From NCBI GenBank assembly GCA_949093475.1, contig CARXAY010000001.1:1-27696 (forward strand): a stretch of 27,696 nucleotides of DNA, read 5' to 3'. This DNA comes from an uncultured Oscillospiraceae bacterium (GTDB taxonomy: Bacteria; Bacillota; Clostridia; Oscillospirales; Oscillospiraceae). Shown in pieces: positions 14,901 through 22,422 of the stretch; positions within the stretch are counted from its first letter, which is position 1; every line of letters starts with the position of its first letter. The position numbers were made by a program, and so were the translations under genes. The notes under the pieces are model-generated. The model saw only the letters and a list, made by a program, of their open reading frames with translations, was not told the DNA's origin and did no database searches.

Positions 14901-17302
14901 GAAATTGTTTTCATGAAGAAAGCATATGTATCTGCCTTCGGGTCTAAATCATTGTCTTCTGTATCAAACGCGTTAATATCATAAGTATATCCAGTTTGTA
15001 CTGCCGGTTCGCGAGCGCGAGTTACCCCTTGCCACGCTCCAGTTGCTTTGGTTGCCCTTGCATATTGATATTGGAAAGAGTATACAGAGGCTTGTGTCGA
15101 AGCATTATAGCCATATCGTTCTACACGCAAGCTATTGTCAACCACCGAGTAGTTTGCACCATCACGCAAACTCGTCCCCGGCTCGTAGACCGCCTTGACG
15201 ATGAGCACGTCTTGGCCCTCGCGCAGCATATTTTCCATGGCGGAAAAGTCCGCAAAACGCAGATACCACGCCGCGTCCTTTTCGGTCACGGCGTAGGTGT
15301 AATCCTTGGAAGACCCGTCAGCCGGGTCTGTAAATTGTCCTTGCACGGCGGCGGACGGGTCGAGGTCGGCAAGCTCGCCCACCCCAAAGGTCGTCCAGAC
15401 ATCTTCCGTCTTGATGGAGTCCTTGCGCAAGATCCAGTTCTTTTTGGTCACATCTTGGGTGTCGTCCTCTACGATGGCCCAGCCGTAGACATAGGGATAG
15501 AGATAGCCGTCGTAGTCCGGGTCTCCGGGGGTTGGGCCTTCGCTCACCGGCGCGGTGGAGTAGTAGCGGGTGTTCAGGCCCGTTCCGGGATCAAGCGCCT
15601 CGGTTTGGGTGGTGACGCGGCGGTAGAGGGCGTAGTCCAGCTTGTTGGTCAGCGGGTAGTCCTCCCCCGGCTCTTTGTGGGTGGCGGGACGCTTCAAGGT
15701 GTCGTCCGTGTCCTGCCCAACCTTATAAGAATAGTCACCGCGGTAGGTGAACTCCCGGTTCAGAGAGTCCACCCGGTCTACATAGTCTTGGTCGGCCTGA
15801 AGGGCGGTCAGATCCGCCGCGGCCGCGATCTTGTCGCCGGTGCGAAGATCCGGGTGGATCAGTGTTTTTTCGATGTATTCGTTCACCGCCGCGCGGGCAT
15901 CGCCTTCCGGGTCGACCACCAGCGCGCCGATGAGACTGTCGTCCCAGTCATAGAAGAGAATTTGCGCGCCGCCGATGCCGCCGGTGGGCTTGCGGTAGGT
16001 CTCCGCGTTCACCAGCGTCAGGCGCAAGCTCTTTTCTTCCAGCGTCAGCAGGTTCTGGAAGAAGGAGTACTCCGTGTTGGTCTCCGGGTCGCCGTCGGTG
16101 GCCCAGTCCGTGGAACGGTTGGCCAGTGCAACCGCGCCCGCGGTCTGGGGGGCAAGAAGCTGCTGATCCCACACCTTCTTCTGTGCCGGATCGTAGACCG
16201 AATAGGTGCGCGGCGTCGTCTCGTGGGAGGAGATCTCCCCGCCCGCGTTCAGATCCGCGCCCAGATAGTAGTAGAATTCCGTGAGCTTTTGTCCCGTGCC
16301 GTCGGTGACCGTGTTCTGGGCGTACCACACGCTCTGGTGGACGGAGGACTCCGCCGCCTGTGCGTCCGAGGCTTTGTACATCGGTGTTGTGCTGGTATCC
16401 CTCCCGCCCAGATAGGTCAGCGGGGTCTTGCCCATATCCGCACCTGCGCGGTCATTTACGTCCAGATCCAGCCAAAAATCACAGGAATTGGTCACATCCA
16501 GATGGGTAAAACGCTTCATATCGTAGGCAAAGCGCACCACCACCACGGGAGTGGGGGTCTCGTAGACCACTCTGGCGTTGTGGGTGGTATTGGCGCTGAG
16601 GGTGAGGAGCGCATCGTCGCCCTTCACCTCTTCGATCAGCGCGGTGGCGTTGTTGATCTCGTCGGGCTTGGCGGTGTCCAGACGGACGGACGCCGTGCCG
16701 GTGCCGTCGATCAGCGCCTTCAGTTCCTCCACATCCTTGAAGATCTTGGCCTGATCGGGGTCATTCACGTCAATGCCCCGGGGATAATCTGTATCAAATG
16801 TGTCATAGCTGCCCGCCGTGCCGGTGGCGCCGCCGGCCGTCCAATTGGCATAGACAGGCTCGCCCGCACCCCACGTCACCGCCGTGAGGGCGTCCAAGTT
16901 GATATGTACCGCCGCCGCCGCGGATTGGAAGGGGTAGTAGGTCACCTCATATTTCGCATCCAGCTCCGTGCGGTCGCCCTTTTCCAGTGCCTCCGCCAGC
17001 TCTTTGGCATAGTCCTCCTCCGAGACGGGCGCTTTGGTGGGATCGTCCTTCAACGTGACCGTGCGGGCCGTGCGAACGCACAAAGCAAGCTCATAAAAGC
17101 CGGTGGGCTTCCCCTTGTCCACGACCACGTTGCCCTGAATCACAACCTCGGGTTTGGGCGCCGCCGGGTCAGCAACCACATCCGTGCTGTCTACCGTTGC
17201 CGCGTATGCGACGCCGGCCAACAGCGCGCAAGCCAACGCCGCCGTCAGGGCAAAGGCCCATAAACGGCTGCGCCAGTTGGATATTCTCTCTCTTGTCTCC
17301 AC
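11924..17302 (-). CDS. Large secreted hypothetical protein (~1792 aa) with C-terminal tandem ~130-aa repeats ending in YWW
   Basis: ORF track 11924..17377. Better start is GTG at 17302, with GAGGTG (17314-17309) 6 nt upstream, giving signal peptide METRERISNWRSRLWAFALTAALACALLAGVAYA. Acidic, Trp/Tyr-rich; no recognisable C-terminal anchor. Confidence 0.9.
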   Translation of the reverse strand: METRERISNWRSRLWAFALTAALACALLAGVAYAATVDSTDVVADPAAPKPEVVIQGNVVVDKGKPTGFYELALCVRTARTVTLKDDPTKAPVSEEDYAKELAEALEKGDRTELDAKYEVTYYPFQSAAAAVHINLDALTAVTWGAGEPVYANWTAGGATGTAGSYDTFDTDYPRGIDVNDPDQAKIFKDVEELKALIDGTGTASVRLDTAKPDEINNATALIEEVKGDDALLTLSANTTHNARVVYETPTPVVVVRFAYDMKRFTHLDVTNSCDFWLDLDVNDRAGADMGKTPLTYLGGRDTSTTPMYKASDAQAAESSVHQSVWYAQNTVTDGTGQKLTEFYYYLGADLNAGGEISSHETTPRTYSVYDPAQKKVWDQQLLAPQTAGAVALANRSTDWATDGDPETNTEYSFFQNLLTLEEKSLRLTLVNAETYRKPTGGIGGAQILFYDWDDSLIGALVVDPEGDARAAVNEYIEKTLIHPDLRTGDKIAAAADLTALQADQDYVDRVDSLNREFTYRGDYSYKVGQDTDDTLKRPATHKEPGEDYPLTNKLDYALYRRVTTQTEALDPGTGLNTRYYSTAPVSEGPTPGDPDYDGYLYPYVYGWAIVEDDTQDVTKKNWILRKDSIKTEDVWTTFGVGELADLDPSAAVQGQFTDPADGSSKDYTYAVTEKDAAWYLRFADFSAMENMLREGQDVLIVKAVYEPGTSLRDGANYSVVDNSLRVERYGYNASTQASVYSFQYQYARATKATGAWQGVTRAREPAVQTGYTYDINAFDTEDNDLDPKADTYAFFMKTISNNNDILNIDITTGGVLWKVDYVLFDIYEANISNGKQRSAGGELNLKTNFDYDNAEYPDRQGTDGFILQATMNTLLHEATLTAKGEDGELSIHITKYTVDDLNLRSDMTGTEFTWGNYSRITPYFQDLVTRLYKDGVSIDSKTGDVTLGWHQIQRHILMCMQANGAVAGIYSGTGNGTPGVLWSEDQCAGFPWCRLDECAAEVKVDITNLGDIFVAMDKAKDETGDKHPAKDALDDLKNGTPPLLDGYLNKFRKDKDGRPFKTRQEVYDALKTVYDKLAAANLSQDDMKKLTEEQVQEIIITGTYPTTGQTYWWWNGGTRPVNTWQDWIEAGMLVVTNAVPDALNGMTNINLPNAVQDMISYERPTTANTPPNVGWFRKAESDEDDNAFADVEEFKDKWIQALRVLKDHYDLPKDWNTIPWQEIQYALITGTYADATTVLATTNYWWRDGGLPKLTYEKLMDAVSEWRASSYADSTKLDKLIAKSVNPINNEVYIRRTAAGSGFTSQTQFKNALKTAMEVLGYVTNKADFENPVTGELLKTGGTYALDIYQFQYLLLNASKLVNKPIPSTDAIKDGSSDIKCNYWWIPEPHVPSASQRIGDIMDLLTYAYWAKDGVGDPPVTLTFDPLEQLDAATMERLKLRAEVHGIPYTDETQAALKQAVLDAITNGTSGWPYSIDTFSAQSAADLTKELQNILLGNPYAPASSITTDYWWQGSGFKADTHATLAQAAWIAALGFDADDDGALETAPDAMDQIVDLDYITQRPYDIQKGLAMRQNADGGAYESIDRFKTSLRNAMKAAADAEATLTFEKVSNMTNYQLQYLLLNKVYKTDDEVKAEVIHGDKDDYWWFTYDEKPDDDEGPKWVPKAPDATEWNNFINAAYEYAINWDDSILLGMTIDQTYLSDTLLLRDESKNELDPGTFFDDSWADTLYNVISVLDGFGKGADASWYEFQYVLSHYTELTAGGEALPDYDTCKAWLETEGNAPWAWKIP
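11940..14620 (-). repeat. Seven degenerate protein-level repeats (~121-139 aa)
   Basis: YWW codons at 13961, 13562, 13145, 12764 and 12356; variant ends FPW (~14324) and PWAW (~11940). Each is preceded by a (W/Y)x(I/L/F)QYxL-like motif and an (L/F/M)R...G..(F/Y)-like motif. Confidence 0.8.
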
Positions 17303-17439
17303 GGCGATCACCTCATTCAAGGTTGCGTTCTCTTGGGAAGTTCTATATCCGTTCACAAAATCGGTTCTTTGACGCATTTTCTTCCATATATTGCCAATCG
17401 AAAGCCATTAGTAGACATAATTAGCAGTATACATGGTTG

Positions 17440-17468
17440 ATTATAGAGCAAGAGGCAAGAAAATGCAA
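17440..17468 (-). promoter_or_regulatory. Sigma-A-type promoter for the surface-protein operon
   Basis: TTGCAT (17468-17463), 17-nt spacer, TATAAT (17445-17440); A8 tract further upstream (17488-17481) resembling an UP element. Confidence 0.75.
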
Positions 17469-17502
17469 GAGGAAACGGCATTTTTTTTACCGCAGATATG
17501 CG

Positions 17503-17540
17503 AAAGCCCGGCCATCTTTTAGACGGCCGGGCGTTTTATT
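17503..17540 (-). terminator. Intrinsic terminator-like hairpin downstream of rny
   Basis: Minus strand GCCCGGCCGTC-TAAAA-GATGGCCGGGC followed by TTTCG, ~20 nt after the rny stop; the U tract is short. Confidence 0.7.
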
Positions 17541-17553
17541 CTGTTCCCGATGT

Positions 17554-19101
17554 TTACTTGGCGTATTCGATGGCGCGGGTCTCCCGCAAAACATTGACCT
17601 TGATCTGGCCGGGGTACTCCAGCTCTTCCTCGATCTTCTTGGCGATGTCCCGGGCCAGAAGCACCATCTGATCCTCGCTGACCTTGTCGGGGGCAACCAT
17701 GATCCGCACCTCCCGGCCGGCTTGGATGGCGAAGGACTTTTCCACGCCGGGGAAGGAGGAGGTGACCTCCTCTAACTTCTCCAAACGCTTGATGTAGTTC
17801 TCCACGTTCTCGCGGCGCGCGCCGGGGCGGGCGGCGGAAATGGCGTCGGCCGCCTGAACCAGACAGGCCACGATGGTCTTAGGCTCTACGTCGTTGTGGT
17901 GGGCCTCGATGGCGTGGATCACGCCCTCGCTCTCCCGGTACTTCCGGGCCAGCTCCACGCCGATCTGGACGTGAGAACCTTCCACCTCATGGTCGATGGA
18001 CTTGCCCAGATCGTGGAGAAGTCCCGCCCGCTTGGCCATGGTCACGTCCGCGCCGATCTCGGCGGCCAGCAGACCCGCCACGTGGCAGACCTCGATGGAG
18101 TGGTTGAGGACGTTCTGGCCGTAGCTGGTGCGGTACTTCATGCGGCCCAGCAGCTTGATCAGCTCGGGGTGGAGGCCGTGGACGTTGGTCTCGAACACGG
18201 CCCGCTCGCCCTCGGCCTTAATGGTGGCGTCCACCTCACGCTTGGCCTTCTCCACCATCTCCTCGATGCGGGCGGGGTGAATGCGGCCGTCCTGAATGAG
18301 CTTCTCCAGCGCCAGCCGGGCGATCTCCCGGCGCACGGGGTCAAAGCAGGACACGGTGATGGCTTCCGGGGTGTCGTCGATGATGAGATCCACCCCGGTG
18401 AGGGTCTCCAAGGTGCGGATGTTGCGGCCCTCCCGACCGATGATGCGGCCCTTCAGGTCGTCGTTGGGCAGGGGCACGACGGACACGGTGGCCTCCGCCA
18501 CATGGTCGGCGGCGCAGCGCTGGATGGCAAGGGAGATGATCTCCTTGGCGGTGGTGTCCGCCTCCTCCTTGGCGCGGGTCTCGATCTCCTTGACCTTCAG
18601 CGCGGCCTCGTGGGTCACTTCCTGCTCCAGCTGGGTGAGGAGGACGTTCTTGGCCTCCTCGGCGGTGAGACCGGAAATGCGCTCTAACTCCCGCACCTCC
18701 TGCTCCTTGAGCTGGGTCAGCTCCTCGCGCTGGGCGTCCAGCGTCTCCTGCTTGGAGGCCAGAGCCTCCTCCTTATGCTCCAAATTCTCCAGCTTGCGAT
18801 CCAGATTTTCCTCTTTCTGATTGAGGCGGTTCTCCTGCTTTTGCAGCTCGGCGCGGCGCTCCTTGACCTCGGTCTCATGCTCGGTGCGGGCCTTGAGGAT
18901 CTCCTCCTTGGCTTCTACCAGCGCTTCCCGCTTCTTGCTCTCTGCGGACTTGATGGCGTCGTTCAGAATACGCTTGGCCTCTTCCTCGGCGCTGGAGATC
19001 TCCTTTTCGGAAACGCGCTTACGGTACTGCACGCCCACGGGGAATCCAATGGCGAAAAAGACCACGGCGCAGATCACGCCGACTAAAATATAAATACCCA
19101 T
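17554..19101 (-). CDS. rny: Ribonuclease Y (515 aa)
   Basis: N-terminal TM helix ([19 protein letters not shown]), coiled coil, KH motif [15 protein letters not shown] domain ([42 protein letters not shown]), C-terminal YPGQIKV. ATG at 19101 with GGAGGTG upstream is preferred over the ORF-track start 19170. Confidence 0.97.
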   Translation of the reverse strand: MGIYILVGVICAVVFFAIGFPVGVQYRKRVSEKEISSAEEEAKRILNDAIKSAESKKREALVEAKEEILKARTEHETEVKERRAELQKQENRLNQKEENLDRKLENLEHKEEALASKQETLDAQREELTQLKEQEVRELERISGLTAEEAKNVLLTQLEQEVTHEAALKVKEIETRAKEEADTTAKEIISLAIQRCAADHVAEATVSVVPLPNDDLKGRIIGREGRNIRTLETLTGVDLIIDDTPEAITVSCFDPVRREIARLALEKLIQDGRIHPARIEEMVEKAKREVDATIKAEGERAVFETNVHGLHPELIKLLGRMKYRTSYGQNVLNHSIEVCHVAGLLAAEIGADVTMAKRAGLLHDLGKSIDHEVEGSHVQIGVELARKYRESEGVIHAIEAHHNDVEPKTIVACLVQAADAISAARPGARRENVENYIKRLEKLEEVTSSFPGVEKSFAIQAGREVRIMVAPDKVSEDQMVLLARDIAKKIEEELEYPGQIKVNVLRETRAIEYAK

Positions 19102-19190
19102 TTTGTCTTGCTGACACCTCCGTCTTTTTGATTTTATCCTTGACCTCCTAATGAAAAGCCAAAGCGGCACTATTTCAGCATACCTTTTTT

Positions 19191-19219
19191 ATTTTAAGGC
19201 AGAGGCTTCGATCTGTCAA
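19191..19219 (-). promoter_or_regulatory. Sigma-A promoter of rny
   Basis: TTGACA (19219-19214), 17-nt spacer, TAAAAT (19196-19191). Confidence 0.8.
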
Positions 19220-19249
19220 GGAATAAATTTGTCCGGCGGCGGCGCAGGA

Positions 19250-19732
19250 TCACTGCCGTTCGGGGAGAGAATCGTCCTCCCTGATCCAATCCTCCACATG
19301 AACGACCCGGTAATCTTCAGGGGTGTCGCGGATGACCACCTGACTGATGCCGGCGTTGATAATGAGCCGGCGGCACATGGCGCAGGAGGTCGTCCCCGCC
19401 ATCAGCTCGCCGTTTTGGGGGTCGATGCAGGCCAGATAGATCGTCCCACCCAAGCTCTCCCGCCGAGCGGCGGAGATGATGCAGTTGGCCTCGGCGTGGA
19501 CGCTGCGGCACAGCTCATAGCGTTCGCCGGAGGGGATGCCCAGCTCCTCGCGGGTGCACATCCCCAGGTCGGCGCAGTTCTTTCGCCCCCGGGGGGCGCC
19601 GTTGTAGCCGGTGGAGACGATCTCATCGTCCTTCACAAGGATCGCGCCGTAGCACCGGCGCAGGCAGGTGGAGCGTTCCGCCACCGTTTGGGCAATATCC
19701 AGATAATAATTCATTTTGTCCCGTCTTTTCAT
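19250..19732 (-). CDS. Cytidine/deoxycytidylate (dCMP) deaminase family protein, ComEB-like (160 aa)
   Basis: RSTCLRR, STGYNGAPRG, Zn-binding HAEANC and CAMC motifs; AGGAGG just upstream of ATG 19732. Confidence 0.92.
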   Translation of the reverse strand: MKRRDKMNYYLDIAQTVAERSTCLRRCYGAILVKDDEIVSTGYNGAPRGRKNCADLGMCTREELGIPSGERYELCRSVHAEANCIISAARRESLGGTIYLACIDPQNGELMAGTTSCAMCRRLIINAGISQVVIRDTPEDYRVVHVEDWIREDDSLPERQ

Positions 19733-19768
19733 GGTGTTCCTCCTCTCGGTTTGGGGAATGTTATTTCT

Positions 19769-19797
19769 ATTATACGGCCTGCGCCCCCGTCCCGCAA
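19769..19797 (-). promoter_or_regulatory. Sigma-A-type promoter of the deaminase gene
   Basis: TTGCGG (19797-19792), 17-nt spacer, TATAAT (19774-19769). Confidence 0.65.
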
Positions 19798-19829
19798 GGG
19801 AAATTTACATTTTGTTAACGCTTTCCCCA

Positions 19830-19858
19830 TTGACTGTGCCCTTTTTGCGGGGTATCAT
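19830..19858 (+). promoter_or_regulatory. Sigma-A-type promoter of the Zn-ribbon membrane protein gene (divergent)
   Basis: TTGACT (19830-19835), 17-nt spacer, TATCAT (19853-19858). Confidence 0.7.
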
Positions 19859-19881
19859 ACTTTTGTAAATGAGGTGATCCC

Positions 19882-20274
19882 TTGGGCTTTCTGCAGCGAT
19901 TCATGTATGGCCGCTACGGCGGCGACAATCTGGGCCGCGCCTTGATCGCGGTCTATTTTGTGCTGTATCTTGCGGGGCTGCTGACCCGATGGAGCATCCT
20001 TGTCTTCCTGAGCGCGGCGGTGGCCGTGTGGTGCGTCTTTCGGATGCTCTCCCGCAACGTGGAAAAACGCCGCCGGGAAAATGCCAAGTATCTGGCCGTC
20101 ACCGCCCCCCTGCGAAACTGGCTGCGCCGCCGCCGCGCCATCCGCACCGACAAGACCCACCGCTATTTCAAGTGCCCCAACTGCGGCCAGCAGCTCCGCG
20201 TGCCCCGTGTGAGCGGCAAGATCAAGATCACCTGCCGCGCCTGCGGGACAGTCTTTGAAGAAAAAGTGAAATAA
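19882..20274 (+). CDS. Small membrane protein with C-terminal Zn-ribbon (130 aa), function unknown
   Basis: TTG start after GAGGTG; two hydrophobic helices after FMYGRYG.D.L; C-terminal CPNC...LRVP...KIKITCRAC. Confidence 0.85.
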   Translation: MGFLQRFMYGRYGGDNLGRALIAVYFVLYLAGLLTRWSILVFLSAAVAVWCVFRMLSRNVEKRRRENAKYLAVTAPLRNWLRRRRAIRTDKTHRYFKCPNCGQQLRVPRVSGKIKITCRACGTVFEEKVK

Positions 20275-20284
20275 CACTGCCAAG

Positions 20285-20322
20285 AAAAGGGGCAGAGCGC
20301 ATCACACGCTCTGCCCCTTTTT
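20285..20322. terminator. Bidirectional intrinsic terminator between convergent genes
   Basis: AAAAGGGGCAGAGCG-catcaca-CGCTCTGCCCCTTTTT: perfect stem with T tracts on both strands. Confidence 0.88.
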
Positions 20323-20418
20323 ATTGCGCCTCCAACCGGGAAAATTCTTATCGTTAAGATGGGCGGCAAGGTCAAGAATGTCCCTGAAAATTCCCGCGGT
20401 GGGGTACATTTCTTCCTA

Positions 20419-22392
20419 TTACGTGGGTGGTGTCAGGGGCAGGCGCAGGGTGAAGGTGCTGCCCTCGCCCAGCCGGGAGCTTGCCTCTACCGTGCCGCCG
20501 TGCTCCAAGGCGACGGCGCGGACGATGAACAGCCCCATGCCCTGACCGCTGCCGTCAGGGCGATGGGTAAAGCCCCGGTCGAACACACGGGACAGGTCGG
20601 CAGGGTCGATCCCCGCGCCGGTGTCCGTGACCTCAATGACCGCCCAGCCGTCCTCCCGATGGAGAGACAGCCTGACCGTCCCGTCCTCGGGGGTAAAGGA
20701 CAGGGCGTTGTAGCAGAGGTTTTCCAGCGCCGAGCGCAGCCGCTCCTCGTCTCCGGACACGGTCAATTCTTCCCGTGGCAACTCCAGAGCGAAGACCTGA
20801 CCGGACAGCTCCATATCCGGGCGGTTATCCTCGTAAAACTGCCGCAGAAAGCCGTTGAGACAGATGGGCTGGAGGGGGAGCAGTCCCCGCTCTCCCCGGG
20901 AGAAGCCCTGCAGGAGATCAAGCCGCTCCTCCACCATCCCGGCCCGCTCGCGCAGCGCGTCCAGATACCCGGCCGTCTCCTGATCCAACGCCACATTGCC
21001 CATACGCACAAGCTCGGCGTAGTTTTGCAGGGCGGTCAGGGGATTTTTTACATCGTGAATGAGGTGCGCCAGCAGCTCCCGCCGCTCGGTGAGCAAGGTC
21101 TCCATGGCCCGGGTCTTGCGCTCCACCTCCTCCTGTAAATGGAGGCTCAGCCGCCGATTTTCCGCCGCCATAAGCACGCCACGGTGAACCATCAGCGCCC
21201 CGAAGCCCACCACCAGAGCAAAGCCGCCGTACTCCTCCGGCCACGCGCCCCGAATGGGTTCAAAGCGGTTGACCGTCAGCACCGAGACGGCGACGGAAAC
21301 GCCGTACAGCCCCGCGGCACATAGCAGATGCCGCCCCAGAGCGCTGTTTTGGCCGAGACCCCGCAGGGCCAGAAAGAGCAAATACCCCCCGGCCAAAAGT
21401 TTCCAAAGAAAGAGAACCACGCCGTAGGTGTTGATGAAAAGAGGCGCATATGGTAGAATAAACAGCGGAAAGACCACCGTCACCGCGCACAGGCCGGCCG
21501 CGGCGGGATAGGCCAGCTTGCGGTGGTAGGCCCGCACTGCGCCGCCGCTGAACTCCCCCGCCAGCAGAATGGCAAGGAGGAGCACCGCCGCGCCGCAGAA
21601 GTCCTCCAGAGCGTACAGCGGCCGCACCAGCGGCACGCCCAAAGCGCGCAGGAAGGGATAGCTTACCCGCACAGCGAAGGCCATGCACAATAGCCCCAGC
21701 CGCCGGTTTTGCTTGTCCCGGTCAAAGAGCCACAGGGCCAGATTGGAGAGGGCCACCGCCAGAGATCCGAAGCACAAAAGGCCGTAGACCATCATCCGGG
21801 CAGCGACCATTTGGGAGATGGCGGTGGGTGTGCCCACGGCGGGAGGGTAATACAGCCCCGAATAGTAGTGGGTGTAGTTGGCGCACTGGATGATGATCTC
21901 GGTGCGCTCCTCCGCCCGAAAGGCGTACACAGCGTCCACCACACGGGGCTTGTAGGGCTCTACGCTCCCTTGCTCTCCCATCAGCACGCCATTTACATAG
22001 ACCCGCCCCGCGCATAAAAGCTCCGGGAGGTACAGCGACAGTTCACGCGGCGCGCCCCGGTTTTCTATGGTCAGGCGGTAGGTAGCCACGCCGTAGGGAC
22101 TGCCCATGTGGTCAGAGAAGTTGGGGTATTCCCCGGCGTAGGTGTGGCGGATAACCCGCCAAAGAGCCGTATCAAAGTCTTTCGGGTTCAACAGCTCGCC
22201 GGGATGATACTCCCACCCGTCCACCAGAAAGGCCACCTGCGACCAGTCATCCTTCAGGACGTTGACCCCCGGCCCGCCGGGAAGGGCGGCGGTATACTTG
22301 TTGTCCCACCGCCAAAGGGCCGAAAAGGCCAAGACCCCCGCCAGCGCGAGGGCCAGCAGGAGGGCCAGCCCCTGTTTCACTTCTTTTTTCAT
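20419..22392 (-). CDS. Sensor histidine kinase with 7TM-DISM-like extracellular and seven-TM input region
   Basis: H box HDVKNPL, N box ENLCYNA, G1 DTGAGI, F box VFDRGF, G2 GQGMGL. N-terminal TM, beta-rich extracellular domain (GWEYHPGELL, GVATYRLTI, RVYVNG), then seven hydrophobic segments. Start could be 22392, 22398 or 22401. Confidence 0.93.
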   Translation of the reverse strand: MKKEVKQGLALLLALALAGVLAFSALWRWDNKYTAALPGGPGVNVLKDDWSQVAFLVDGWEYHPGELLNPKDFDTALWRVIRHTYAGEYPNFSDHMGSPYGVATYRLTIENRGAPRELSLYLPELLCAGRVYVNGVLMGEQGSVEPYKPRVVDAVYAFRAEERTEIIIQCANYTHYYSGLYYPPAVGTPTAISQMVAARMMVYGLLCFGSLAVALSNLALWLFDRDKQNRRLGLLCMAFAVRVSYPFLRALGVPLVRPLYALEDFCGAAVLLLAILLAGEFSGGAVRAYHRKLAYPAAAGLCAVTVVFPLFILPYAPLFINTYGVVLFLWKLLAGGYLLFLALRGLGQNSALGRHLLCAAGLYGVSVAVSVLTVNRFEPIRGAWPEEYGGFALVVGFGALMVHRGVLMAAENRRLSLHLQEEVERKTRAMETLLTERRELLAHLIHDVKNPLTALQNYAELVRMGNVALDQETAGYLDALRERAGMVEERLDLLQGFSRGERGLLPLQPICLNGFLRQFYEDNRPDMELSGQVFALELPREELTVSGDEERLRSALENLCYNALSFTPEDGTVRLSLHREDGWAVIEVTDTGAGIDPADLSRVFDRGFTHRPDGSGQGMGLFIVRAVALEHGGTVEASSRLGEGSTFTLRLPLTPPT

Positions 22393-22422
22393 CGGCATCA
22401 CACTCCACAGGAGGAATCCAAC

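Noticed and set aside
12380..17263. Plus-strand ORFs of 750 and 755 aa
   Set aside because: Antisense shadows of the 1792-aa gene.
17330..17400. c-di-GMP-I riboswitch in the operon leader (GGCAA...CAAAG)
   Set aside because: Lacks the GAAA-capped stem and GACGCAAAG core; only a superficial match.
19370..19395. Deaminase motif SCAMC instead of PCxxC as a sign of altered function
   Set aside because: All Zn ligands and the catalytic Glu (HAE) are intact; loss of the Pro alone is not evidence of novelty.
20335..20400. Imperfect inverted repeat (CCGGGAAAATTC...GAAAATTCCCGCGG) and a minus-strand TTGACC as a MITE remnant or antisense promoter
   Set aside because: Arms are short and mismatched, there is no evident target-site duplication, and no good -10 at proper spacing.
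17437..22017. Assorted 60-260 aa ORFs overlapping rny, the deaminase, the Zn-ribbon gene and the kinase
   Set aside because: They overlap genes with clear family motifs and show no recognisable motifs of their own; expected in GC-rich DNA.
22262..22298. TTGACC...TATACT as promoter for the 22423 gene
   Set aside because: Spacer is 25 nt, too long for sigma-A.
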